DNA of 63,430 nt, counting the filler, from Folioceros fuciformis (lineage: Eukaryota), in the NCBI GenBank assembly GCA_049999805.1. It is 11 parts of 11 records of this genome, joined end to end, with 100 filler letters (N's around TTAATTAATTAA, not from the genome) between each part and the next. Parts side by side here need not be neighbours in the genome. Positions count along the whole stretch, not along the records: positions 27,235 to 35,085 come from JBNGIO010001534.1; positions 35,186 to 40,680 come from JBNGIO010001535.1; positions 40,781 to 44,830 come from JBNGIO010001536.1; positions 44,931 to 47,928 come from JBNGIO010001537.1; positions 48,029 to 50,494 come from JBNGIO010001538.1; 6 more parts are not named here. The stretch is one strand, 5' to 3'. How positions within the stretch are numbered: the stretch's first letter is position 1; each line of letters opens with the position of its first letter. Under the pieces are notes generated by a model, which did no database searches, was not told where the DNA came from, and saw only the letters and a program-made list of their open reading frames with translations. A program made the position numbers and the translations under genes. This document shows, one piece after another, positions 33,801 through 50,034 of this stretch.

Positions 33801-33914
33801 TCACAATGCAAAGAATCTCCATCTTATGTGATGACCTCTCTTTAGTATCCTTACGGAGATGTTGCTCTCCTACAAGGCCTTTGGACTCTACATATTCTTC
33901 TCTGAGACTCCTTC

Positions 33915-34160
33915 ATCCTAAGGGTGCATCTTTGCTGTTGCTCAGAGATTCATGACTTGTTACGCGGCCTTACATCTAAGCGCATCTTTGTTGTTGCTCA
34001 AGTAAAGATCTTACATTTGAGCGCATCTTTGTTGTTGCTTAAGTAAAGGTCTTATATTAGGATGCATGTTTGCTGTTGCTCGGGTAAAGGTCTTACATTC
34101 GGACACATCTTTGCTGTTGCTCAAGTAAAGGAGAAGATTCATGACTTATTGCTTGGCCTT
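33915..34160. repeat. ~39-bp minisatellite (GCATCTTTGTTGTTGCTCAAGTAAAGGTCTTACAT-like), ~5 copies
   Basis: Periodic units are visible in the sequence. Confidence 0.85.
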
Positions 34161-34383
34161 TGGAGATCTCATTAGTCCCTAAGTTCTTTCCTCTTCCATA
34201 TCGTTGTACTAGCCTTCCAAACCTTGTTCTATTTGTCTTTGGTAGATGAATTTATTCCATTATTTTCACAATGAAATATCTACTATAATTTAAAAATGTA
34301 AAAGAATTCCACGAGCTAAAAAAGTATTCAATAATTCGGAAACTAGTATTTTAAAATTACAATTCTTTCACACGCAGTGCAAA

Positions 34384-34465
34384 CGTGAACTGCAGGATTT
34401 GAACCTACGCGGGCAGAGCCCAACAGATTTCGAGTCTGTCGCCTTAACCACTCGGCCAAGTTCAC
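34384..34465 (-). tRNA. tRNA-Ser(CGA)
   Basis: GTGAACT/AGTTCAC acceptor stem, A box TGGCCGAGTGG, anticodon arm ACAGA-CTCGAAA-TCTGT, long variable arm, B box GGTTCAAATCC; upstream CAA and a TATA-like element. Confidence 0.95.
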
Positions 34466-35404
34466 TTGCTACTAGCCCTTCGCATTAAATGCTATATACA
34501 TTTGGTTAAACAACTCCTCCAATTACAGCTCTTCCATGGTTCCCATGATTCTTCTCCAGAAATATCAGTTGCAACCGGACCCACAGGAGAGTATTGCGGC
34601 ACCGGCAGATCCGAACGGAGACAATCTGAGTATCGGAAGTAGATGATCTTTTATTATCCACGGCAGTGCAGAGCCGGGAAACATAGCTATCATATAGTCT
34701 ATTCAACCAACATGAACGAACATACAGGAGAGGCTTCCCGGAGCCGAGAAGTCTTGGCCTGATCACATGGAGGTTGGCAGGCACAGATCATATACTACAG
34801 CTCGAAGTCCCTTCTACTGGTCTTGTACATGAGGCTTTTGCCGTTCCCACGTCCCCCTGCTCCTCGGAAAGGACATGAGGCGAGGGAAAAGAATCCGTAA
34901 CCACCGAGCCGCGGCTGCTCAGGAGATGAGCCGAGCAGGGGCAGCCCCCCGTCTGTACAAATCGGGACTACAAAACATGAGGGGACCTGATCTCGGAGGA
35001 ACCCTGGCTGAGCGAGCCGTTCAAGCCCAACACGGGTTTGCCGAGGTCAGACATGGCCGCATCCCGCTCCTGCGCCAGCTGCAGANNNNNNNNNNNNNNN
35101 NNNNNNNNNNNNNNNNNNNNNNNNNNNNNTTAATTAATTAANNNNNNNNNNNNNNNNNNNNNNNNNNNNNNNNNNNNNNNNNNNNACCTAACAGGGCCAA
35201 AAGCCAAAACGGTACTAACCCCATCGAGAGATATTTTCCATTATTGAAAAAGAAATTGAAGATCCCATGTACTTCAATAAATTTAGAGGAACAACCCATT
35301 AAACCTAGCAAGGCCAAAAACCAAAAGGTATTAGCCCTTTCGAATATATAGTCTATGTCGACTAATCTAAGTGTATGCTCCTCCTAATTTTATACTTCTT
35401 ATTT

Positions 35405-35540
35405 TTTGATACTTCTTATTACTACATATATTTTCATTCTTCTTATTACTACATACATTTTCATACTTCTGATAACTACATACATTTTCATACTTCTTAT
35501 TACTACATACATTTTCATGCTTCTTATTACTACATATGTA
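35405..35540. repeat. 27-bp minisatellite x5 (ATACTTCTTATTACTACATACATTTTC)
   Basis: Gives the ILLITTYIF periodicity in the spurious ORF 35406..35606. Confidence 0.9.
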
Positions 35541-35667
35541 TGTGCTTCTAACTGCTTTTCTACCCTACCTCGCTTGGTTTCCTGCTTGTCTGCCCTACCT
35601 CGTTGATGGGATTACACTATGCACAAATTTATTCTATTTACAGGGCACTGTCCCCTCAAGATGTCTG

Positions 35668-39218
<3,551 letters not shown>

Positions 39219-39542
39219 GAATCAGTATTGGAGAACCAGGCGCAAGGTTGGGAAAGAAATTGGCGGCTGCACGCATGGAGATGGGAGGACGGCGCCACTG
39301 CCACAATGTACGTCCAGATGCTTCCAGAACGCCATTCAAAGAGATCTAACTACAGGCCACACAAGCCGCAGAGCCCGAATCGGAAAGCCATCGCTGTCAA
39401 GCTAAATACTAGGAAACAAATCTGCTTGCTCTAAATCAAATACTTGTCAAATGCTAGTCGTGCTGGAGGCAGGGTTCATTTACATACGTAGAAAAATATA
39501 CATTATTATATATTTTGATCACAGCAATGAATATGACAGATA

Positions 39543-40066
39543 CAATCAGACCCCTCTAATTGCAAACAATTGGGAGTAGCAAAAATCGTCCCAGTTTAGA
39601 AGAGCTCTAGTTTAAGATTTTTCATCTTTTTTGAAAATAAAAAAATTCAAAAAAATTAAATTGATATTAATTAAATTGATTAAAGTTATCCAAAGACTCA
39701 CAAATGAGCATCTTGTACACGCAATTCTGCATCCAAAAGTGCTATACCTCTAATAATTGCATGGTATGAGATTCACAAATGATGTCTAAGTTTTTACTAG
39801 CATAACCATTGCTTGATATACATCAATTTGCAATATTAAACCTTTTTTTAATATATATTTTCTTTTTTTAAAGAAATATATTTACATTGAATATTTGAAA
39901 AATATATTTCCATTATAAATTAAAGGTTTCTTATTTGGCATGTAACATTATTCAAGGGAGTACGCTGCGTCCCATTTAAAGAGGGTTTTATTTATAGGGG
40001 TCCCATTTAAGGGAGTACGCTGGGCGTCCCATTTAAAGAGGGTTCCATTTATAGGGGGTTTGACTG
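39543..40066. mobile_element. Putative Tc1/mariner-pogo-like MITE remnant
   Basis: Ends read TA|CAATCAGACCCC and, in reverse complement, TA|CAGTCAAACCCC. AT-rich interior with subterminal GTCCCATTTAA repeats. Confidence 0.45.
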
Positions 40067-40835
40067 TAATTATGAATGATAGTGAAAACAAGGAACCTTT
40101 CACTGCATTATCCATGGAAGATGTTTTTACTCTACAGCCGCACACCATGGATGTTACAGTGAAACGCGTATTATTGAGACGAGTATTGGCGAACGGGCGT
40201 CCGCTAACTTAGCCGAGAATGTGCGGATAGCGGCGGGGTGTAATGCGTCAGCTCTTGATTTGGCGCGGTTGCGGCCCGCCGCGGGCGACACGGCGCTGCA
40301 TTCGTTTTCCATGGCATGAGGGTATGCTAGAGCGGAGGGGCCGGCTGCGTGCATCTCGCAATCTCCGCGTCTTTGAGCCTACGGATGCGTGCTGATCTGC
40401 TGGTCCACCGGAGGCGCTACTCGGGAGCAGCATTCACAGGTCTGGTTCCAGGGACTGAATGCGGACGATATTGCGCGGCATTAGCCGCCGCATTCCACGC
40501 AGTCCTGCGTTCTCGTTGACTGCCTCTGCCGGGCGGCAAGATCGACAGTCGTGATCCGGCACGATGCGGGCTGCCGTTACATCTGTGCCGGATTCCGGCC
40601 CGCCGAGCTCAGGATCGCGTGGTGCCTAAGTGTTGGAGAGTAGTCTAGAAGGGAGGGGTTGCGGAGGCTGGAGGGCGGAGNNNNNNNNNNNNNNNNNNNN
40701 NNNNNNNNNNNNNNNNNNNNNNNNTTAATTAATTAANNNNNNNNNNNNNNNNNNNNNNNNNNNNNNNNNNNNNNNNNNNNCTCGTTCTCGGGCCGTTTGA
40801 GGTGTGGTGTAAGGTCAGGGTGGAGTAGGAGGAGG

Positions 40836-42776
40836 ATGAAGTCCCGAGGGATTTCATGGGGGGTGTTGGTGGCTTTGCTGGTGCACCTCTTGCTGCTGCC
40901 AGCTCTGGCTAAGAAGCACTCCATCGAAGGGCCTATCAAGACCGTGGTGATTCTTGTACAGGAGAATCGGTCCTTTGATCATATGCTAGGATGGTTGAAG
41001 CGGCTGAATCCGGAAATTGACGGAGTGACGGGGGAGGAATGGAATTACTTGAACGTCACGGATCCCGACTCGCCCCAAATCTTCTTTGCAGACTCGTCGG
41101 AATTCGTGGATCCTGACCCTGGTCATTCGTTTCAAGCTATGCGGGAGCAAATCTTCGGCTCGGAGGACACCTCGGCCAAGCCTCCTCCGATGAACGGGTT
41201 TGCGCAGCAGGCGGAGAGTATGCAGGAAGGCTTTTCGAGAAAGGTCATGAGTGGGTTTAGGCCCGAAGTGGTGCCTGTTCACACGGCCCTGGCCATGGAG
41301 TATGCTGTGTTTGACAAGTAAGGAGGCGCTCTTACTGGCAGGGGTTACGGTCTTTGTTTGCTTTGAGGCTTCTGGTGTTAGCAACTCAGCTCTGCTCTGA
41401 CAGCTGAGCCGTTTTTCTGTGCAGATGGTATGCTTCAGTTCCAGCATCTACTCAGCCCAACCGGTTTTACATTCACTCTGCCACGTCTCATGGGGCTATG
41501 AGCAACAACAGGCAAGACTTGATTGATGGATTCCCGCAGAAGCCCATCATGGAGGTCATTGACGATGCGGGTCTCTCTTTCGGCATTTACTATCAAAATA
41601 TCCCGGCAACGCTCTTCTTCAAGGATCTCCGGCAGTTGAAGTACATCACTAAATTTCATGACTACTCCCTCACCTTCAAGTTGCATGCAAAGCTAGGCTT
41701 GCTTCCAAACTATGTCGTCATAGAGCAACGCTACTTTGATACCAACTTATTGCCTGCAAATGATGACCATCCTTCTCATGATGTTTCCGAGGGACAATCC
41801 TTCATCAAGGAAGTGTATGAGATCCTAAGGAGCAGCCCTCAGTGGAAGGAGATGTTGTTTCTGATAACTTATGACGAGCATGGTGGATTCTACGACCATG
41901 TCCCCACTCCTACTGAGGATATCCCCAATCCCGATGGTCTGATTGGGCCTGAACCTTACCGTTTCAAGTTCGATCGATTGGGTGTGCGTGTACCGACAAT
42001 TATGGTTTCCCCTTGGATCGACAAAGGCACAGGTATTTTAGTCTTCTTTTCTTGTTTGTTTCTGCCTGTTTTTAGTCTGCTCTGGGTGTACACACCTTGC
42101 ACTAGCCCACGACAACTGACTCTGGTCACATTCCTGTTCTGAAGTTGTGCATGATCCCGTCGGGCCCTACCCGTCTTCCAAGTTTGAGCATTCCTCAATA
42201 AGTGCAACTGTGAAGAAGTTGTTCAATTTGGACGGGCCATTCCTAACAGACAGAGATGCATGGGCTGGGACTTTTGAAAATATCTTCCGAAAAACGGCAA
42301 GGACCGACTGTCCAGGTTTGTGAAATAATCTTCAAGGTTCAGATAGCTTGAACGGAGTTGGCACTGTCATGGCCTTTAGTTGTGCCCAGTGAGGTCAACG
42401 AGGTGGCTGGCACTAATCTGGCTTTTGGTTGTGCTGTGCAGCTACTCTTCCAAGCCCACCTTGGTCACTGAGGCATTCACCACCAAATGAGCTTGCGAAA
42501 CTGACAGAATTCCAAGAAGAGTTGGTGCAGCTAGCTTCACAGATTAATGGTGATCACATGTTGAACAGCTATCCCAACGTTGGAAAACTCTTGAACGTGG
42601 GACAAGCGAATGCATACACTCAAGAGGCCATGGCTAGATTCCTGGAGGAGGGCCGAAGCGCACTCCGTCATGGTGGGAATGGAACGGATATTGTGAGGGT
42701 GATGCCATCGGCTTTACCAGTAACCCTCAGATATTTGGGTCTACCTCTTACGTCAGTGCTTCATGATAGGATTTGA
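40836..42776 (+). CDS. NPC: Non-specific phospholipase C (NPC1/2-like); exons 40836-41317, 41425-42032, 42145-42315, 42442-42776
   Basis: Signal peptide, [53 protein letters not shown]. Confidence 0.93.
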
Positions 42777-43446
42777 AGGAGATGACTATCAAAACCAGTC
42801 TTGGAGTTGATGAGTTGATTCGGCACTGCTACTATCTATATGCACGCATTCTTAGGGCTCCACTCGGGGTGTGAACCGATGTATTCCTTCCTAGTGGAGT
42901 TGGCCATTCATTTATGCGTGGGGTGCTTGAAGCAGGGGTATAATTGAATGTATATGATGCGCCATTGACCTGCCCTCTGCAGAGAGGGTGGCTGATGCGT
43001 GCTACCTAGAGTTATTACTATTACAACCCAAGAAATTTCTTTGGCTAGTCCGCCGCGCAGTCCCTTCAGGCGTCCTCTAGTGTATAATATTTCTCTTGCA
43101 GGCAACCTGTGAAGAAAAGGTAATTCCCCTTTGTAGCCATGTCATTCTTTACCTGAATAGTGTTTTGTATAGCGTCATCAACAGAAAAATGATGTCGAGG
43201 CTTTTTCGTTGCGTCCTAGGTGAACTCATCGTGAGAATGTTGATCCTCTTTTTTTCGAGAGAACGTGTTGTAAGATTACAGAAAAATCAATGTAAGGCTA
43301 GTGGAGCCGAAATGTCACGAAAGCGTGACGATTGAATTACTCTCTGTTCGGAGCATGAGAACTGCAAGTTGAAGCAAATCTTGCTACGAAGAGAATTTGA
43401 GATGCAGCACCTTCCGTGAAGAGGCTACCTCGAGATGAAATATGAC

Positions 43447-43664
43447 ATCCTGCACAGCCAAACATAAACCTAAGATCCTGCAGAGCCAGGCATAAACTGC
43501 AGATTCTGTAGAACCAGGCATAAAATTTAGATCCTCCAGAGCCAGGCATAAACGTTGGATCCTGCGGAGCCAGGCATAAACTTCAGATCCTGCAGAACCG
43601 GGCATAAACTTGAGATACTGCTGAGCCGGGCATAAACTTGAGATCCTGCAGAGCCAGGCATATA
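43447..43664. repeat. 28-bp minisatellite x8 (ATCCTGCAGAGCCAGGCATAAACTTNAG)
   Basis: Strict 28-nt period from 43447 to 43643. Confidence 0.95.
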
Positions 43665-44699
43665 CTCAAACATGTTTTGCCTCTGCACATCAGTTCCATC
43701 ACTTACTCAAACAGGTTTATTTGTTGCATAGTTACTCCAACACATTTACTTGCTGCATCCCTTACTAGAAACAAGTTTATTTGCTGCATATCGGTTAGTC
43801 ATTTCTCAAAAATAGAAAATATCACGAGTCTTTTTCACATATTTAAGTTAGGGCTTTTGGTGTGGTGGAGAGTTCTTTTTAAGAGGATTTCATGCATTCA
43901 AACCCTGAACTCCAAGCTAGTAGAAATGCTTAGCACAACATTTCTACTAGGGAAGGCTAGTGGGGACACGAACAACATCAGGAGGATCACTTTATTTTCT
44001 TGTGCTTTGAATATGCTTCGCGTTATGCATTGGGATATTGGCCTTGTGTCGAATTCATTTCATGTTTATGCTTTGGCATTGTGATCTTGTGCTTCATGGT
44101 GAAGTCATTGAATAGGGCTTATGATGCCAATTGAAATGCATGAGGACAATGTTCAAATTCAACAAAGCTGCAATAGCAATTGGGAACACCCTATGGAATC
44201 AAACCTACAACAACCACAACAAAATGAACAATGTTCAACATCTTTGGTGTTGCTACATTGCTACCTCAAATGCTGCCCTAGGCCCTTGCATCCCTACCCT
44301 AAGCGATTATTTGCCCAAAAGGGGGCTTCCACATCTACTACACATTATCATATGGTGGACGTAAACTTCTCCAACCATCCCTCAAGGGATTCTAGTGGTC
44401 TCCAGCTCACGCTTCAGGGATTCCACCATGCCAAGACTGTCGTGCACACCACGGACCAACATATGGTAGCTTTTGAGTAAAATTGAGTAGGTTTGTAAAC
44501 TTCACTCTTGAACATGTACTCCTTTCAAACGTAAGGGGCAGATCTTGCACATGCAATGAAAATGCTTTGATGCTGAAACCTATTCCCAAGCCAATGAAAC
44601 AATTATTATGGTCAACTATATGGTTTGAAAATACATTAATATATTATTTGAGTATTTAAATATCATGTTGTGGAAAGATTTTCAAGTGTCATACGCAAT

Positions 44700-44830
44700 G
44701 TAAAAGGGTGGAGCAGTATGGTGTGGTGTGCTACAGTGGAGCTATGTGGCCTAGGGTGGAGCGGTGGAGCAGTATGATGTGGAGCAGCATGGTGTGATGT
44801 GCTACGATGGAGCAGTGTGGTGTGGTGTGC
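44700..44830. repeat. Low-complexity GTGGAGCAGTATGGTGTGGTGTGC repeats at the contig end
   Basis: Visible in the sequence. Confidence 0.75.
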
Positions 44831-45234
44831 NNNNNNNNNNNNNNNNNNNNNNNNNNNNNNNNNNNNNNNNNNNNTTAATTAATTAANNNNNNNNNNNNNN
44901 NNNNNNNNNNNNNNNNNNNNNNNNNNNNNNGGTGTAGGTAGGGGACGGGAGGCATTGTGGATGGTTAGGGATTCCGTCGGGCGCGTACTGGGTGTGACGT
45001 GGATGCTTGGGCCTGTCTTCTGAGTGAGCGTGGTAGGGTTCGGGATGTTTGCTGGGCTTTGGCTTGTTTGCTGGACTCTTTGAATGTGAAGGTGTCCACA
45101 CTTGATGGAGTGTGCAGGCTGGGAGGGTAGGAGAAATGTGGTTTTGCTTTTCCTCTTCTTTTGACCTGCTGCCGGATTGGCTGCTTTCAGTTCAGCGATC
45201 TGATGTGTTGTTTCTGTCTGGCTGCCGAGCGAAG

Positions 45235-47928
45235 GGTGTCGTTTGGATAGCCACAGAGCCGCGTGATTCGGGGAGGAAGACGCGTGAGAAGCAGAAGAGA
45301 AGGGATAGCTTCAGAGACGCGCCAGACCTTAATCCGGTGTGGAGGCGTGTAAAACTCCAGGAAAGGACTCTTGTGCTGACTGCTCCTGACGGTACTGAGG
45401 AGTGCATCTGTCTGGAGGGATGTGATGTTGTTGCCGTCTCGGCAGCGTCCGTGCCAGGAAGGAAGTGGTAGGTGTGGTCTTGACTTATGTCAAGTTGTCT
45501 TTTTGGTTTTCATTGTGTGACTTTTTGTTCGCTGTTTCACCCTCAGATCGTCGGCTTTTTCGCTGACATACGGTTCCCAAATTCGCCGTGTGCTGTGCTG
45601 TGCTGTCCTGTCCTGTGCTGTGCTGTCGGTTGGTTACAGGGCCAAGAGGTTTCCGGTGAAAATATACCACGATAAAAGGGTGCTCTACAATGGATTGACC
45701 ACTTGTTTCTTGTACTTCAATACGGGATGGGAAAAGGAGGCCTGGTGTGAAGTTCTTCGAGGGGCTGCAAAGCTCAACTATGATGCAGAAGATGATTGGT
45801 ATGTCAAACTAAAGAGGGAGTTTGAGGAATACTCACTGAAGGTGAGTAATCAACTGCCGTTCTCTGCCGAAAGCAGTACTCTAAGGAAACCCAGCATCGG
45901 CGTTGTGGAAGCTGAATCCGGCTCTAAAAAAAGGCGATTTACGTGGAGACGCCTTGCGAGGAGGTCTTCCAAGAACAGCAGGGATTTTAAAGCGACAGAT
46001 GGACGGGAGCAGTCATCTGTGGCCGCCTCTCGTCCACTTGTCGATGCTGAAGACAAATTTAGCGCGCGCGGAATTGCAGATGGCTCCAGCAGAACTGCCG
46101 CTTCAGAGAGGAGGTTAAGTAATGGCGAAGCAATTGCAGTAGCGGATGAGGGCAGTAGACTTGGTGGTGTAGCATCTACACGACCAGACACCGTGGATGT
46201 CATCACAGCTTCTGTAGCTCAAAAGACTGGTGATGACACACAAAATAATTGGGAAAGCAGGAACATGGACCATGGACTTCTTTGTTGGAACATTATCATT
46301 TCAAGATTTTTCTTCGATATTTATCATAGTACGCATGTCACAAGTCTTGTGCAGCAACGTATTCAGGCAAGAATCGCTTGTATGAATCAACGTGTCTCTT
46401 TATCGGCTTTGATTCTGAAAGGTGTCAGGACTCAGAGACTTGTACCTGACTGCTGTGATTGTCCTCAAATTTGCCGAGCAGGGACCACACGTCGTGCTCA
46501 CAGGTCTGCCTGTTTGATTGCAGAAACTCCTGACTGCGAAGACCCAAAATCCTGGTTACATCGCCGCATTGACCTGCACTCACCTTGATCTTGGGACGTC
46601 GCCGCCACTTGCTCATGCCATGCGAGTGCTCCCCGTGGACTCTGAGGGTGTGTGGTCCTTGGAAGCTGATGTCGAATATTATGGTGGTGCTATTCTTACA
46701 GTGGAGACGAGACTTGATTTGAGGGATCCAAAAGATCAAGAGAAGGTCGCTAATCAAGGGCTGGAGGCCAGCCTGGCTGGTGCAGCCACAGCAGATCTTC
46801 TGACCAAAGGGTTTGGGACCCTGGGAGAGGACTTGGAAATTGCTGGAAATGCTGGGCTTGATGCATCTGCACTACCTGAGAAGAAAGGTGCTGGTGCTAG
46901 TAAGTCAGGTAACTGCCAAGGAAACTTTTGGGATCGGATGATCCTCAAGTCTACAAACAGAAAGAATTTGGTGCCATTGTGTGCAGCTGTTGATAATTTT
47001 CTAACTTGAAGCGTTCTCTTGATCTGAACAGTCAGAAAGGGTTGGGTACAATCCTCTTTGGCAAGTTGCAAGGCCATGTTGATGAATGTGGCTGAACAGG
47101 TTTCACAGGTTAGTTTTGTGTGAACATGTTGTTTCTTGTCTTTCTTTCAGCTTTTGTGTTGCCTTAGCGCCTTAACCAAAGCGAGTTTTTTGTCGTGGTT
47201 TGTAGGTGCCCCTTGCCTTATCTGTGAAGGTTGTATCCCTCAAAGGGACCCTACGGATCTGCTTTAGACCCCCACCATCAGATCGGATCTGGTTTTGCTT
47301 CACCTCTATGCCACTTCTTGAAATGGAATCTGAGCCTTGTATTGGCGAGCGCAAGATTAACAGCGCCCCTGTAGGCGCCTACATTGTCGAGCGGATTAAG
47401 GTTTGTTCTCTTGCTGATTGGCGTCGGTACAGATCGTTTTGCACTGTACGGTGGATTGAAGTGGACCTGTGAAACGGTGTGCAGATTCTTTTAAAGGAGG
47501 CTCTAGTGCTTCCTCAGTGCGAGGATATACACTTGCCTTGGATGATAACTGATGTTGGCAACTGGGTACCACAAAGTGCTGCACCACTTCCTTGGAGTGG
47601 TCCTGTTCAAAATGGTGAAGGCTCAAGCAGTGATGCCCCCGCCGAAACTTCGTCCACTCCGAACAAAGAGAAATATTTCGAAGGTCACACATCAACGGCG
47701 TGTGGGGATGGGCCACAGGCCAAACAGCCATCGCTTGCCAAAGACTTGCTGCCGGAGGGCCCAAAATCCGACCACGCGGCACCCATTTTACCAATAACAA
47801 CGGTGGGGACGTCGGGGCCCTATGCCTCAGAGTTTTTGGTGCCTCTCCTCGGGGGAAATGAAGTGGAGATCATTAATGGCAACCAAGACCATTATGAACC
47901 AGTCGATATACCGACGGCAGATACGGAT
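45235..47928 (+). CDS. TEX2/Nvj2-like PH + SMP-domain lipid transfer protein, multi-exon, partial
   Basis: GWEKEAWCEVLR, WNIIISRFFFD, PGYIAAL..LDLGTSPP, VEYYGG..LTVETRLD, SLKGTLRI.FRPPPSDRIWFCF, LKEALVLPQCEDI. Confidence 0.8.
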
Positions 47929-48276
47929 NNNNNNNNNNNNNNNNNNNNNNNNNNNNNNNNNNNNNNNNNNNNTTAATTAATTAANNNNNNNNNNNNNNNN
48001 NNNNNNNNNNNNNNNNNNNNNNNNNNNNCCTCTTATGGCCTTACACCCACATTCACAAGTGGCTATTCTGATTTTTCTAAGCTTCCTCTCTACGCCGTGT
48101 GCTACTGATCCTACGCTAACCAAGACAAGACAACTTTTTTGAAGAATTTGAAGATCTATACTTTAAGAAGTCCATTACACGAGAAGGGAGTAAACAACGA
48201 CTCCAATTTCTTCAAACCTTTGTTGATTCATTCCTTGCATCACAATCTGTTTCCATTCACTCATCTTCTGTAATGA

Positions 48277-48585
48277 GGGAACCAATTTGCAGAGAGGGAG
48301 AAACTAAAGTCACATACTGTCTTACCAAAACTACTATCAGAGTCCCAGCACTCTCTTCGTCCACGAGTAGACTCCTTGGTTCTTTCAAGCCTGCACAATA
48401 ACAACACAATCCTAGAACTCAATAGTAAGTTAGATTGTGTAATTTCCAAACTAGATAATCTGGAGAAGTTAAGAGAAGCAGAAAAACTTTCAAATGTATC
48501 TCAAGAGCTTGAGGTCAAGAGACATACCAAAGAAATTAAGGAGATGAGGCAGTTGCTAATGCCCGACTTGGGCTCTGCATTGTAA
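48277..48585 (+). other. Coiled-coil-like open frame immediately upstream of Copia gag
   Basis: ~100 open codons ending LNSKLDCVISKLDNLEKLREAEKL...; the stop lies 15 nt before the gag ATG. Confidence 0.4.
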
Positions 48586-48600
48586 ATTAGTTGTGACAAA

Positions 48601-49669
48601 ATGAGTAGTTAAGGCGGAGACTCATCAAAGGGAGACTCATCAAAGGGAGACTCATCATCTGACCGCCTACCTAAAAGGGATAGGTTAACCCCTTCAAATT
48701 ATGATACCTGGATTTTTTGCATAAGATGCATTTTGAAAGACAAGCTTCTCATGGATATTGTTGACGGCTCTATACCCAATTGGGTTGCTGGTCAGCCGTC
48801 TGGAGCTATGTCACCTGGAGGACAGAACCTGATTAATTGGACAGCCGTGCAAGCAGCAGAATGGACAACATACGACCGGAAGGCTCATTCCATTTTAGTT
48901 GCATCAGTATCACAGGAGATGATACCACACATAAAGCTCACCAGCACTGCACATGAAGTCTGGTCGCTTTTGGCTGAAACATATGAGTCTAAGGACATCA
49001 TGACCGAGGTTGCTGCCACTCAGAATTTTCAGAACTTAAGGATGAGGGAGTCTTACTCCGTTGAGAGTCATGTGGCTAAGTTCAGGGCTACAAGGGCCAA
49101 ACTTGCCTCCCGTGGTGTAATTTTGTCCGAGAGTAGGGCAACAGTACAACTCCTTGCATCTTTACCTCCAAGCTATGAAGCCTGGAGCTCCAATCAACAA
49201 GTAGCAGCAGTGGTAGTCCTAGCAACCACATCCCAACCTGCACAGACTAACTTAACTGTTCAGAAGTTGGTTGGTGCACTTCTTCAGGCAGAATCAAGTA
49301 GAAAGCACATGAAGTCAGGTCAGTTCAATAAGCATGGAGACTCAGCTCTTTTTGGTGGACAAGGACGTGGCAGAGGTCGCAGAAGAGGAGGCCGTGGCAG
49401 GGGAGGTTCTGGTCGAGGCAGAGGGTATATGTCTGCACCTTTGTTTTCATCTGACTACAGTAGTTCCAGCAGCTTAGCCAAAAAGCCTGGCGTGCGTAAT
49501 TACTGTGGCAAACCAGGCCATTGGGTCAAGGAATGCAGAAAGAAGAAGTCAGATGATTCTGCTAAAGGAAAGCACCCTTTAGAGACACATGTTACCAGAG
49601 CCTCGACGCCGGAGCTACTTGTTACGTGTCTTGCCTCATCCTCAAGAGACACCTTTCATTGGTTCTTGG
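48601..49669 (+). mobile_element. Ty1/Copia gag, interrupted at the protease active site
   Basis: ATG at 48601 with an early TAA; RDRLTPSNYDTW, VQLLASLPPSY, RGG tract, NYCGKPGHWVKEC, then HWFL followed by an insertion. Confidence 0.9.
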
Positions 49670-50030
49670 TGTGAACCTCCAAAGTTTGGGGTAGTAGTTT
49701 GTTTTGGTTGAAAAAGGGTTAATAGTGGTATGGTTTGGTTTTCTTTTTCAACTTATTTTCCCTAATTTTCCTTTATTTTCTGGTCATTTTCCAATTTTTC
49801 TTTGTGCTAATTAGGTTAATTGACCAGGAAATAGTTGGTTTGGTTATAAGAGTGGGTATAGGTTTGCTCCCAGGCTTGGGAAGGTTTAGGTTTGGTACCA
49901 GGCCATAGGGTTGGGAAAGTTTGAGTCTAGGTTTGGTGATTAGTTTAATATTAATTAAAGACATAATATTAAATGATTAAATAATAATATAAAATAATGG
50001 TTTGAAAATAGGAACGGGTATCTGGGTATG
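49670..50030. mobile_element. Probable LTR terminus of a second element inserted into the Copia protease
   Basis: Begins TGTGAAC exactly where the coding sequence breaks; AT-rich and non-coding. Confidence 0.5.
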
Positions 50031-50034
50031 TTAG

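Noticed and set aside
43447-43664. 28-bp repeats as a CRISPR array
   Set aside because: The units are contiguous with no unique spacers, there are no cas genes, and the context is eukaryotic.
43700-44620. Possible transposase or chromodomain remnant
   Set aside because: Only a faint W.PLESL-like word among many stops; unsupported.
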